A stretch of DNA of 27,745 bases from NCBI RefSeq assembly GCF_006345805.1, contig NW_021836753.1, positions 1-27,745 of the forward strand. Reading direction: 5' to 3'. The translations under genes were made by a program, and so were the position numbers. Below the pieces are notes generated by a model. It worked only from the letters and a program-made list of their open reading frames with translations, ran no database searches and was not told the DNA's origin. Shown in pieces: positions 1 through 10,113 of the stretch. Each line of letters begins with the position of its first letter. Within the stretch, counting starts at the first letter, position 1. This DNA comes from Octopus sinensis. Lineage: Eukaryota.

Positions 1-257
1 AAAGACAAAGAATTTTAGGATTTATAGATAAAAATTGTTAAAAGAAAATTATTAAATTCTTGTAGAGAAGCAAGGAGAACGCAAAGTCAGATTCATAAAT
101 GAGAGAATATATAGGATCGGAATATGTGATGTAAATAATTTGAAGAATAAATGATTGAACGCCACGTAATCTGGTTCTCAAGAATCCAGTTAAAAGACGG
201 AACCAATATTTGGTCATAGGAACTGATATATATCCTTTGGCCTACTGGTATTGAGCA

Positions 258-735
258 AGCAAATATTCTGCTCAATGCCACAGATTTGCTTGTCAGTTGT
301 TTGACCGTAACCAGTTTAGCATGTCCTTCAGTGGCTGACGATATGTGCATCTTTGATCACGAGCAGAAGTAGTGGAGGAGCATCATAGGCATGTGTTGAG
401 AGGGAATCTGCGGAGTGTGAATAACTCACCTCTGGAAACATGGGTGGTTCGTTCATTACCCTTAAACAAGCCTTATTCAAGCATTTTTGAGCGAGATGAG
501 CTACTCGAACAGAAGAAAATTCTAACTGGGTCTCCACCTGCAAGGTCATGCGCTATTTATCTTGATATGAAATCACCATGTCGTGCACATATGGTTGTGA
601 TGCATGTACTTGGTGTACCCTTATCAGACGGCTAGTCATGATGGGTATACTGGGCTTCGTATATTTGTACCCCAGTGACACTTTGATAGCATGCGGTACT
701 CTCTCACTCAATAATAGTAATTATAGTAATGATTA
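258..735 (+). mobile_element. Dispersed repeat family B (probable 3' UTR/3' end of an R4/Dong-type LINE, or a derived non-autonomous element), degenerate (AAT)n tail
   Basis: Aligns along its length with 18378-18793 (shared AGCAAATATTCTGCTCAAT ... GGTGTACCCTTATCAGACGGCTAGTCATGATGGGTATACTGGGCTTCGTATATTT ... CTCTCTCACTCAATAAT); both copies end in an AAT-type tail. Confidence 0.8.
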
Positions 736-739
736 AAGT

Positions 740-890
740 TTTCAAATTTTGGCACAAGGCCAGCAAATTTGGGGAAGGAATAAAGTCGATTACATCAACC
801 CCAGTACTCAACTGGTACTTATTATTATTTTAGCGAACCCGAAAGGATGAATGGCAAAGTCGTCCACAGTGGGATTTGAACTCAGAACGT
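740..890 (-). mobile_element. SINE family C (tRNA-derived, Meta/Sauria-like central domain), 5'-truncated
   Basis: Matches the near-complete copy at 8400-8636: AGTCGATTACATC-ACCCCAGT..CTGGTACTTATT..CGAAAGGATGAA..CAAAGTC..ATTTGAACTCAGAACGT. Confidence 0.85.
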
Positions 891-897
891 ATATATA

Positions 898-1069
898 GGT
901 GCAGGAGTGGATGTGTGGTAAGTAGCTTGCTTACCAACCGCATGGTTCTGTGTTCAGTTCCACTGCGTGGCACCTTGGGCAAGTGTCTTCTACTATAGCC
1001 TCGGGCCGACCAAAGCCTTGTTAGTGGATTTGTTAGACGGAAACAGAAATAAGTCTGTCGTATATATGC

Positions 1070-1119
<50 letters not shown>

Positions 1120-1357
1120 ATATATGTGCGTATGTGCGCATATGTTTGTGTGTGTGCGTTTGTCTCCCCATCATTGCTTGTCAACCGATGATGGGTGTGT
1201 TTACGTCCCCGTAGCTTAGTGGTTTAGCAAAAAGAGACCGATAGAATAAGTAATAGGCTTACAAAAAAATAAGTCCAGGGGTAGATTGCTCTACTAAAAG
1301 TGGTGCCCAGCATGACCGCAGTCAAATGACTGAAACAAGTGAAAGAATAAAAGAATA
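898..1357 (+). mobile_element. SINE family A (tRNA head + CORE-like domain + internal TA/TG microsatellite + 3' module), full length
   Basis: A-box-like TGGATGTGTGG, degenerate B-box GTGTTCAGTTCC, CORE-like CCTTGGGCAAGTGTCTT, internal (TA)n/(TG)n, tail GACTGAAACAAGTGAAAGAATAAAAGAAT; similar to 23720-24160. Confidence 0.92.
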
Positions 1358-1361
1358 CACA

Positions 1362-1365
<4 letters not shown>

Positions 1366-1397
<32 letters not shown>

Positions 1398-1452
1398 TAT
1401 ATATATATATATATATGTATACATACATACATATTATATATATATATATATA

Positions 1453-1493
<41 letters not shown>

Positions 1494-1570
1494 TATGTAT
1501 ATGTATAATATATGTATATATATATATTATATATATATAATATATCGTATATCTATCTATCTATCTATAT
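1366..1570. repeat. (TA)n and (TCTA)n microsatellites
   Basis: Direct reading. Confidence 0.95.
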
Positions 1571-1829
1571 TAAAATATGTATGTGTGTGTGGATAACTTA
1601 TTTATACCAGTAGTCTCAGCAAGCGACATAGCGAGTCATAAATTCGAAGTCACTGTTTATCCATCGATCACACGTCCAATCAATCACAATCCCTCAATCG
1701 ATCTATATATTGATTGAATGATTTAAATATATATCATTTACGTAATGGTTTGAAATTTAGGAACAACGCCAACATTTCTGACGTGAGTGTGTTCAGCTGA
1801 TTCCATAGACTTTAGTATTTGGTTTGTTC

Positions 1830-1959
1830 GTACTTTATTCCATCGACCCGAAAGATATAAAAAGACAAAGTTCAGGTCGACAGGATTGGAATTCGGTGCG
1901 TAAAAGAACCGGAACAAATATCGCAAAGAATTTCTGCCGATGCTCAAACGATTTTGCCA
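1830..1959 (-). mobile_element. Old, highly diverged SINE family C copy
   Basis: GTACTTTATTCCATCGACCCGAAAGATATAAAAAGACAAAGTT..CGTAAAAGAACCGGAACAAATATCGCAAAGAATTT..AACGATTTTGCCA is collinear with the 8400-8636 copy. Confidence 0.65.
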
Positions 1960-2169
1960 TATATCATTTGCATAATGAAACCATAGAAAATGGATAGGAA
2001 GGAAGAATAAAATAAATAAATAAGTGTAGAAATGGATCCTTCGCTTTTTTCCGTCTTTCCATTCAAATCGCGGGAAATGTCTTAATGGGTAGGGGTAGGG
2101 TGTGGGTGATTGGGGGGGTGTTGGGGGGGGGGGAGAATTGTTTAATAGGCTTTAGTACACAGTTCTGAC

Positions 2170-2773
2170 CATGACCGACACGATCGCCATTATCACTTCT
2201 AGGACCGCCAACGACGTCGCCAACATCGCAGCCACCGCCGCTGCCGCCGCCATCGCCGCAGTCATCGTCGCCGCTGCCACCATCACCAGCACCACTAGAA
2301 GCACCACCACCACCACATGCACCACCCCCACCACAACTACCACGACCGCCACCATCACCACCATCACCAGCACCAGCACCACCTCTGGCTTCTTCATCAA
2401 AGACACCGTCCATTATCCGCGCGCGTCTCCTTTGAAGAACACCACCGCCAAGAACATTAACGCCATAGCAAACGCCAGAAGAAACAGACCTGGTCGTCGT
2501 CATCATCATTCATCATCATCATCATCATCACCATCATCATCATCATATCATCATCATCACCACCATCATCATCACCATCATCATCATCACCATCATCACC
2601 ATCATCATCGTCATCATCGTCGACCTCCCCTTCCTCCTCATCATTATCACCATCATCATCATCCTCATCATCAGCTACAACGTCGTCGACGTCGTTGTGA
2701 TCATCATCATCACCATCATCATTTGAACGTAAAGACAGGCGAAATGCCGCTTAGCATAATGATAATAATAATG

Positions 2774-2818
<45 letters not shown>

Positions 2819-2852
2819 TAAAAAAATGATGAAAATGATGATGATGATGATA

Positions 2853-2906
<54 letters not shown>

Positions 2907-3046
2907 AAAAAGTTGAACAGAAGGACGCCAAATGAACAAATGGAGAATTTACAGACTTGCTTTTACCTCGTCAGTGATGGCCAAAAATAGTCCCCTTCCC
3001 CTCCTCCTCCTCCTCCTCCTCCTCCTCATCATCATCATCATCATCA

Positions 3047-3080
<34 letters not shown>

Positions 3081-3084
3081 ACAC

Positions 3085-3133
<49 letters not shown>

Positions 3134-3145
3134 GTCATCATCATC
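2170..3145. repeat. Compound trinucleotide microsatellite block (CAC/CGC, CAT, AAT, GAT, CCT, CAT)
   Basis: Direct reading; accounts for the poly-T/H/I/D ORFs at 2063-3256. Confidence 0.95.
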
Positions 3146-3444
3146 AACAACAGAACTATATTTAAACACTTCCTTCCTGCCTTCCTTCATCCCACCATCA
3201 TTCAGTCCTCTCTGAAGACATCCACCTCTCCCGCACACAACAACCTTTCTTTCCATCCCTTATGCTCTCCGCGACGACCCTTCCCCCCCCCGCTGCACCC
3301 TATTTCGCTATTATTTCGCTGACTTCATTAAATGGCAAAGAAACAAATCAGTGTTTCACAACATTGACGATTTCCTTTAATTAACCATTCAGGGGCTAAT
3401 AGATGAGATGAGAGATAGGGAGATAGGTAGGATAGATAGACAGG

Positions 3445-3542
3445 TGTATATATATATATATAATATATAATAATATATATATATATATTATATATCTATA
3501 TATATATGTAATATACATGAGAGAGAGAGAGAGAGAGAGGGG

Positions 3543-3577
<35 letters not shown>

Positions 3578-3691
3578 GAGGTGGAGATTATTTGATGTTG
3601 TGGTGTTCATTCCTGAAATTATTTACAGGAATGGGCTCTGCATTCAATTTCATCTAACCGAAAATGAAGGCATTTATATATATATACATAC

Positions 3692-3731
<40 letters not shown>

Positions 3732-3799
3732 TATATATATATATATATATAATATATAATATATATATATATACATATACATACACACACTAATATTTC

Positions 3800-3838
<39 letters not shown>

Positions 3839-3965
3839 CATACACACCCGCACATGCACATAGTGTATATATTGTGTGTATATATGTAGGTATGTATATA
3901 TATATATATATATAATTATATATATGTGTGTGTTATGTATGTGTACATTTGTGTGTGTGTGTATG
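3445..3965. repeat. (TA)n, (GA)n, (TG)n microsatellites with a short unique spacer
   Basis: Direct reading. Confidence 0.93.
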
Positions 3966-4174
3966 TGCATATGTACAGATAAACACACTGATAAGCGCAC
4001 GTATACACACACCCAAACACACACCTACACCCTCCCCCACTCGCCCTACTAACGACGCACATAGAGCGGTTTATGCTGCGAACTAATTGGACAATGAGTT
4101 CCGCCGTAATCAATGATTGTTAAGCTGGGTGGGTTATTAGCCGAGAACAAAAGATTGAATCACAGATAGCGAGG

Positions 4175-4326
4175 CAATCATCACCATTAGCGTCCTTGCC
4201 AGCACCACCATCATCATCATCATCATCATCACCATCATCATGATCATCATGATCATGATCATCATGATCATCATGATCATCATCACCATCACCAGCATTA
4301 TCCTAATGAACATCACCACTACCACC

Positions 4327-4359
<33 letters not shown>

Positions 4360-4615
4360 GTCATCGTCATCGTCATCATCCTCCTCATCATCATCTTCAT
4401 CATCATCATCATCATCATCATCATTACCATCGCCATCTCATCATCATCGGCGTCACCATCATCACCCCCTACCTCCACCGCCGCCTCCATCTGCACCACC
4501 GCCTCCACCTCCACCACCACCACCACCACCATCATCATCATCAGCTTCGTCGTCATCGTCGTGGTTGTCATTGTAATCACAACTGATCATCACAACTGCC
4601 GTCACAGCATGATGA

Positions 4616-4649
<34 letters not shown>

Positions 4650-4724
4650 GGTGGTGGTGGTGGTTGGTGGTGGTGGTGGCTAATTTTGGTTGAATTACTT
4701 TTTCAACGTTTTCATCATCATAAC

Positions 4725-4765
<41 letters not shown>

Positions 4766-5010
4766 ATATCATCATCATCATATCATCCTCCCCCTCCCCC
4801 TCCTCCTCCTCCTCATCATCATCATCATCGTCTTCGCCGTCATCATCATCATCATCATCGTCGTCGTCGTCGTCTTTATTGTCCTCAACGTCGCCGTCGT
4901 CGTCTCCTTCCTCCTTCTCATCGTCACCATCATCATCATCATCATCCTCGTCATCGTTGTCATCATCGTCGTTGTAGTCCTCGTCGTCATCATCATCATC
5001 ATCACCATCA
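4175..5010. repeat. Compound (CAT/CAC/CCT/CGT)n and (GAT)n(GGT)n microsatellite block
   Basis: Direct reading. Confidence 0.95.
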
Positions 5011-5027
5011 TGTTATACAAGCATAAC

Positions 5028-5470
5028 CTCATTGATATGAACGTCCCAATCGATATAAACCTATCTGTCAAGACATATCAAAAACTGAGCAAATATAAAG
5101 ACCTTGAAATAGAAATTGACAAAATGTAGAACCTCAAGCCTAACGTAATACATGTTGTCATAGGTGCCCTGAAAATGATAGCAAAAGGGGCTGATTGCTA
5201 CCTAGCTCAGATAGCAAGAAATCCCAAAATGGCAGAAATTCAAAAGATAGTGCTCATGAGAACTGCCCATAAATTCTGTCTCTGAAATTTCAAATTTTAA
5301 AACAAACATAATTTTCTTATATTTTCTTAAACATTCTCTAGAACAATACTGTGTACAAAACCAAATATATGACACCCTAGGCATAACACCAACATGATCT
5401 TCTAACTTGTTGTCTCTTGAGGTCTCCGGGTGAGATTTGGAGCCAACTTGTACAAATGCAAAGCAAAAGA
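5028..5470 (+). mobile_element. Decayed 3' end of an R4/Dong-type non-LTR retrotransposon (restriction-like endonuclease C-terminus plus 3' UTR)
   Basis: Translation LIDMNVPIDINLSVKTYQKLSKYKDLEIEIDKM*NLKPNVIHVVIGALKMIAKGADCYLAQIARNPKMAEIQKIVLMRTAH fits the RLE pattern IID-x-A/V-x-P-x-D...EK-x-x-KY-x-DL-x-x-EI...W...PVVIGALG...LQK-x-x-L-x-x-TA; in-frame TAG where TGG (Trp) is expected. 3' boundary approximate. Confidence 0.85.
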
Positions 5471-5946
5471 GATTGAAATGGAATTTCTTGCAGAGCTTCT
5501 ACTGCTGGTTTGCCTCTAAGGAAGAGGAAAGCTCATCTGCTGGATCTTGAGCGTTTGGTTGCGTATTAAGATCAAGTAGATATCCAAGGTTAGAAGTGGT
5601 AACCTGCTCTTTGGATATATTCTATCTGGATAAAGACCAATCCTGTGTGAAATTGAATAACAAGCACAGTAACAGCAGCATGCCGTTCGAGAATTTGGAC
5701 CTGGAGATCTCCATTTCCAGCGACTTCGAGGACCACCTCCCAGTGGTGTCGGGCGTCGACGAAGAGCCTTCGACTACAACAAGACGACCAAAGTTTTTTT
5801 TCCAAGGTCTGGGTCCCCCGCCCCTAAGCCCTAGACCATCACCTAATCACCCTTACCCGTCTTGTTGCTTAACAACAACAACAACAGCAGAAGCAGCAGC
5901 AGCAACAGCAGCAACAATAGCAGAAACAAGAATCCTTTCTACTAAG

Positions 5947-6124
5947 GGCACAAGATCTGAAAATTTTGTGGGGAGGGGCACATCAATTGCATTGACCCCA
6001 GTGTTAAACTGGTACTTATTTTATCAACCCCGAAAGAATGAGAAGCAAAGCTAACCTCGGCGGAATTTGAACTCAGAACGTAAAGCCGGAAGAAATGACA
6101 CTAAGCTTTCTGTCCGGCGTGCTG
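5947..6124 (-). mobile_element. SINE family C, near full length
   Basis: GACCCCAGTGTTAAACTGGTACTTATTTTATCAACCCCGAAAG..CTCGGCGGAATTTGAACTCAGAACGTAAAG..GAAATGACACTAAGC; B-box AGTTCAAATTCC on the minus strand. Confidence 0.88.
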
Positions 6125-6217
6125 ATTGTCCTTCTGGATTGAATAATTGCTTCTAATTTAATTATGCTCGCTAAATACGGACCTACAGACACAGACAGAC
6201 AAACAGACAGACACATA

Positions 6218-6546
6218 CTAGTACTTATTCTATCGGTATCCTATTTTATCTTATGACGAACCGCTAAGTTACGGGGACGTAAACACACCAGCATCGGTTG
6301 TCAAGCGATGTTGGGGGGACAAACACAGACACACAAACATATACACACACATACATATATATATACATATACATATATACGACGGGCTTCTTTCAGTTTC
6401 CGTCTACCAAATCCCCTCACAAGGCTCTGGTCGGTCCGAGGCTATAGTAGAAGACACTTGTTGCCCAAGGTGTCACGCAGTGGGACTGAACCCGGAGCCA
6501 TGTGGTTGGTAAGCAAGCTACTTACCACACAGCCACTCCTACGTCT
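6218..6546 (-). mobile_element. SINE family A, lacking its 3' end
   Basis: Reverse complement matches 23720-24160 from the tRNA head to GATAGAATAAGTACTAG. Confidence 0.9.
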
Positions 6547-6597
6547 ATATACTTATACATACACACAGATATACATGTATATACTCACATACGCATA

Positions 6598-7260
6598 TAC
6601 CCATCCGTCTATCTTCTCAACCTACTATTTCCGGGAGGGTCATGAGGGTAGAGTCCTCAGGCTCATCCTCCATAAGTTCCTATTGCAAGCAACCACCATT
6701 AGACCTTCTGACTGGATTCGCTAGCAAGACCAACTGAAACAATGAGCATTATCCAATCATCCATCTTGTTCTTTGTCTACCCTCAGGCCTCTTGTCGGCT
6801 GCCTTGGTTTGATGGACCCGTCTTCCGATCTTTTCCTGAGACATTCTAACCACATGTCCGTCCAACCGGTGCTGCGATCTCTCAATGAAGCGATTCGACA
6901 AGGAGAGACTTCCTGATCTTACGTACCTGAATTACCTACCCTGTCGAGTACCCTAAATGAGAAATCCTTCGCAGGGACACCCGTTTCGGTCGCTTTTATT
7001 TGAAATCGTTCACTTTCAGTCAATACCCACGTTGATGACCGCAGGTGAAGATAAGCGCTAAAACAGGAATGAAGATAGCGATGCTAGCTTTTTATCAGCG
7101 CTTCCATATACTGAGGTTCGAATGCTGGAAGTGGCAATTTACACTTCCTTGAACCAACAATTCCAGCGTCCAGTTTAGCCGCCATCCATCCATTACCCAT
7201 GGCTACGGCCGCAAGATGCTCAAACGTCTCCGCTTGTCTCAGTAATGTTTCATTAACACG
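6598..7260 (-). mobile_element. Decayed 3' end of an RTE-clade LINE (Rex3/Expander-like), C-terminal RT region, short 3' UTR and GGATGG-type tail remnant
   Basis: Minus-strand translation with frameshifts: RVNETLLRQAETFEHLAAV (cf. QVEEFKYLGV), TCGH..WVLTESER..IKATETG..LRRI, IERSQHRLDGHVVRMSQEK..KRPEGRQRTRW (cf. LRWFGHVxRM..GKRPRGRPRTRW), WSC*RIQSEGLMVVACNRNLWRMSLRTLPS*PSRK*. Confidence 0.82.
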
Positions 7261-7438
7261 CAATGTCTTCTGTTATAGCGGCGAGTCTACCAAAGCCTTG
7301 TGAGTGGATTTGTTTAATGGAAACTGAAAGAAGCCCTTCGTGTATATATATACGATTCACTCGACTAAATATTCTTCAAGGCAGTGCCCCAGCAAGGCCG
7401 CAGTTAAATGGCTGAAACAAGTAAAAGATAAAAGATAA
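7261..7438 (+). mobile_element. Short variant of SINE family A (5'-truncated, most of the 3' module absent)
   Basis: CAATGTCTTCTGTTATAGC..ACCAAAGCCTTGTGAGTGGATTTG..GAAACTGAAAGAAGCC, (TA)n, then directly GATTCACTCGACTAAA..GGCCGCAGTTAAATGGCTGAAACAAGTAAAAGATAAAAGAT. Confidence 0.8.
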
Positions 7439-7454
7439 ATGTGATATATCAAAA

Positions 7455-7492
7455 TCATCATCATCATCATTATCATCATCATCACCATGACC

Positions 7493-7536
<44 letters not shown>

Positions 7537-7555
7537 CATCATCATCACCACCACC

Positions 7556-7613
<58 letters not shown>

Positions 7614-7765
7614 CCATCGTTTAACGTCTGCCTTTCATGCCGGCATGGGTAGGAAGGTTTGACAGGAGCCGACCAGGCATGGTCCTGCACCTGACTTCTG
7701 TGTCTGTTTTGGCAGGTTTTTTCTCGGCTGGATGCCCTTCCTAACAACAACCACCCAGCAAAGTG
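7455..7765 (-). mobile_element. 3' end of a retroposon with a (GAT)n tail (RTE-partner-type SINE or LINE end)
   Basis: Minus strand reads GTGGTTGTTGTTAGGAAGGGCATCCAGCCG...CATGCCGGCATGAAAGGCAGACGTTAAACGATG followed by a long (GAT/GGT)n tract at 7455-7618. Family assignment is from recall of similar 3' ends, not from a search. Confidence 0.7.
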
Positions 7766-7768
7766 GTA

Positions 7769-8174
7769 TATTCTTTAATTCTTTTATTCGTTTCAGTCAT
7801 TTGACTGCGGCCATGCTGGAGCACCACCTTTAGTCGAGCAAATTGACCCTAGGACTTATTCTTTGTAAGTCTAGTACTTATTCTACCGGCCTCTTATGTC
7901 GAACCGCTATGTTACGGGGACGTGAACACACCAACATCGGTTGTTAAGCGATGTTGGGAGGACAATCACAGACACACACACACACACACACGCGCACGCA
8001 TATATATATACGACGGGCTTCTTTCAATTTCCGTCTACCAAATCCACTCACAAGGCTTTGGTCAGCCCGAGGCTATAGTAGAAGACACTTGCGCAAGGTG
8101 CCACGCAGTGGGACTGAACCTGGAACCATGTGGTTGGTAAGCAAGCTACTTACCACACACCCACTCTTGAGCCT
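7769..8174 (-). mobile_element. SINE family A, full length
   Basis: Reverse complement matches 23720-24160 end to end, including head boxes and the AAAAGAATTAAAGAAT tail. Confidence 0.93.
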
Positions 8175-8399
8175 GTGGAATAGTTAGTATGTGTGTGTGT
8201 GTGTATCTATGTGTATGTATATGTTTATCTATATATCATTACGTACGTTACGGTGTGTAATAATTCTGTCCAGTCTTTGAACCGAGGCTATGACATCAAT
8301 TGACTCTTTGGCATTCTTGGCTTCAATCGATTCCATCAACTTGGATTGAGTACTTTCTGTTCATCAACTATCTACGAACCACGCCCTAGTTCTAGCCTG

Positions 8400-8636
8400 A
8401 TACCTATTTCTTTATTACCCACAAGGGGCTAAACACAGAGGGGACAAACAAGGACAGACATAGGTATTAAGTCGATTACATCGACCCCAGTGCGTAAATG
8501 GTACTTAATTTATCGACCCCGAAAGGATGAAAGACAAAGTCGACCGTGGCGGAATTTGAACTCACAACGTAACGGCAGACGAAATACCGCTAAGCATTTC
8601 GCCCGGCGTGCTAACGTTTCTGCCAGCTCGCCGCCT
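8400..8636 (-). mobile_element. SINE family C, full length, with a distinct 3' tail
   Basis: Minus strand: AGGCGGCGAGCTGGCAGAAACGTTAGC (A-box), GAGTTCAAATTCC (B-box), TCTTTCATCCTTTCGGGGTCGATAAATTAAGTACC (Meta/Sauria-like), tail ..GCCCCTTGTGGGTAATAAAGAAATAGGTA. Confidence 0.92.
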
Positions 8637-8993
8637 GACCGTTGATTAAACGCAGGAAAACGAGGACTCAGTAAATGTATGTATAAATGCTGGGATACCT
8701 TAGCTCGTATTTGAGGGCGCTCTAGAATTGTTTTGAAAAGCGGGGATCTCCCAAATCAACACTACCAGTTTTTAGCAGAAAAGTAAAGAATTAAAAAAAA
8801 AAAGAACAGTTTGCAATATATAAAAAAGATTGCTGTTGAAATAGGTTTCGGTGGTCTTGTTCATTGCATGTCTGTGGGTTTTTATCTGTGGGCGCTTAAA
8901 GAGTGGCATATAATGACAGTAAAGCTTATGTCAGGATAATGCACCGATGTCTCAGATGAGACGACTGTCATCTGACAAGACGAAATAATCATG

Positions 8994-9045
<52 letters not shown>

Positions 9046-9149
9046 TATAAATACAAACAAACAAACACACACACACAAACTCGTGATTAATTCATGTCAG
9101 ATGATAGACGTCTCACATGAGATATGCCCACAAACGTAAACATATAAGC

Positions 9150-9309
9150 ATATATGATATATAATATATTAATATATATATACACCCACCCACCCACACC
9201 CCGACACACCCACGCACACACGTACACTCACACTATATTTATATTTAAATTATACATATCAATATCGTTATTTTCTATGTATATTATATACATGGTATAC
9301 ATACATACA

Positions 9310-9341
<32 letters not shown>

Positions 9342-9905
9342 CATATACACGCATATATATATATATACATATACACGCATATATATATATACATACATTC
9401 ATACATACGTATATATATATATATATATATTATACAAAAGTTTTATCTATATTTATAAATATACATATATATATCATACAAAAGTTTTGTGGGTATATAT
9501 ATATATATTATGCAAAAGTTTTGTATATATATATGGTATGTATATGTGATTTATATCTATTTATATGTAATGTATATACTTTGTACAGGCATATTCTTAT
9601 ACGCATACACACTCACACACTCATGATAATTGTATAAATATCATATATATCATACGAATATATAAATCTATGTATATATGATATTATATGTCATCTTTAT
9701 CTATCTATCTATTACATATATATAATATTATATAAAATTCATGCGTAGAGATACACACGCACATACATCCACACATATACTCATATTTGCGTATATATAT
9801 ATGTATATATGTATGTATGTTTGTATGTTTGTCTGTATGTTTGTTTGTTTGTCTGTATGTTTGTCTGTCTGTCTGTTTGTCTGTCTGTATGTATGTATAA
9901 TGTAA
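9150..9905. repeat. (TA)n/(TACA)n/(TGTC/TGTT)n microsatellite-rich region
   Basis: Direct reading. Confidence 0.9.
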
Positions 9906-10067
9906 ATAGATGCATATTTGTGAGTATATAAATTTGTTTTCATTAACAGAGAAATAGGGGGCAAAAAAAGTCGTGCTGTCATTCTACCTTATTGTCTGGC
10001 AATCTGAGAAAGTGAAATTTGAATAGTGGTGCGAAAAGGGAAAAAGGGGCGAGGAAGAAACCACCAG

Positions 10068-10081
10068 CACCACCAGCCACC

Positions 10082-10113
<32 letters not shown>

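Noticed and set aside
330-385. CTGACGA ... GAAG in family B, checked as a hammerhead or HDV-like ribozyme
   Set aside because: GAAG instead of GAAA, helix II does not close on the core, and I could not build an HDV pseudoknot.
2063-2821. Gly-rich (minus) and Thr/His-rich (plus) ORFs
   Set aside because: Explained by CAC/CGC/CAT trinucleotide tracts; no complex sequence.
6308-6724. Recurrent ORFs with FRLPNPLTRLWS..GYSRRHLPKV (also at 830-1174, 7951-8187, 21952-22155, 23776-23970)
   Set aside because: Antisense translations of SINE family A copies, not a gene family.
8575-8636. tRNA-like A/B boxes as genuine tRNA genes (also 23620-23696 and 23720-23790)
   Set aside because: No intact cloverleaf, and they continue into SINE bodies; these are SINE heads.
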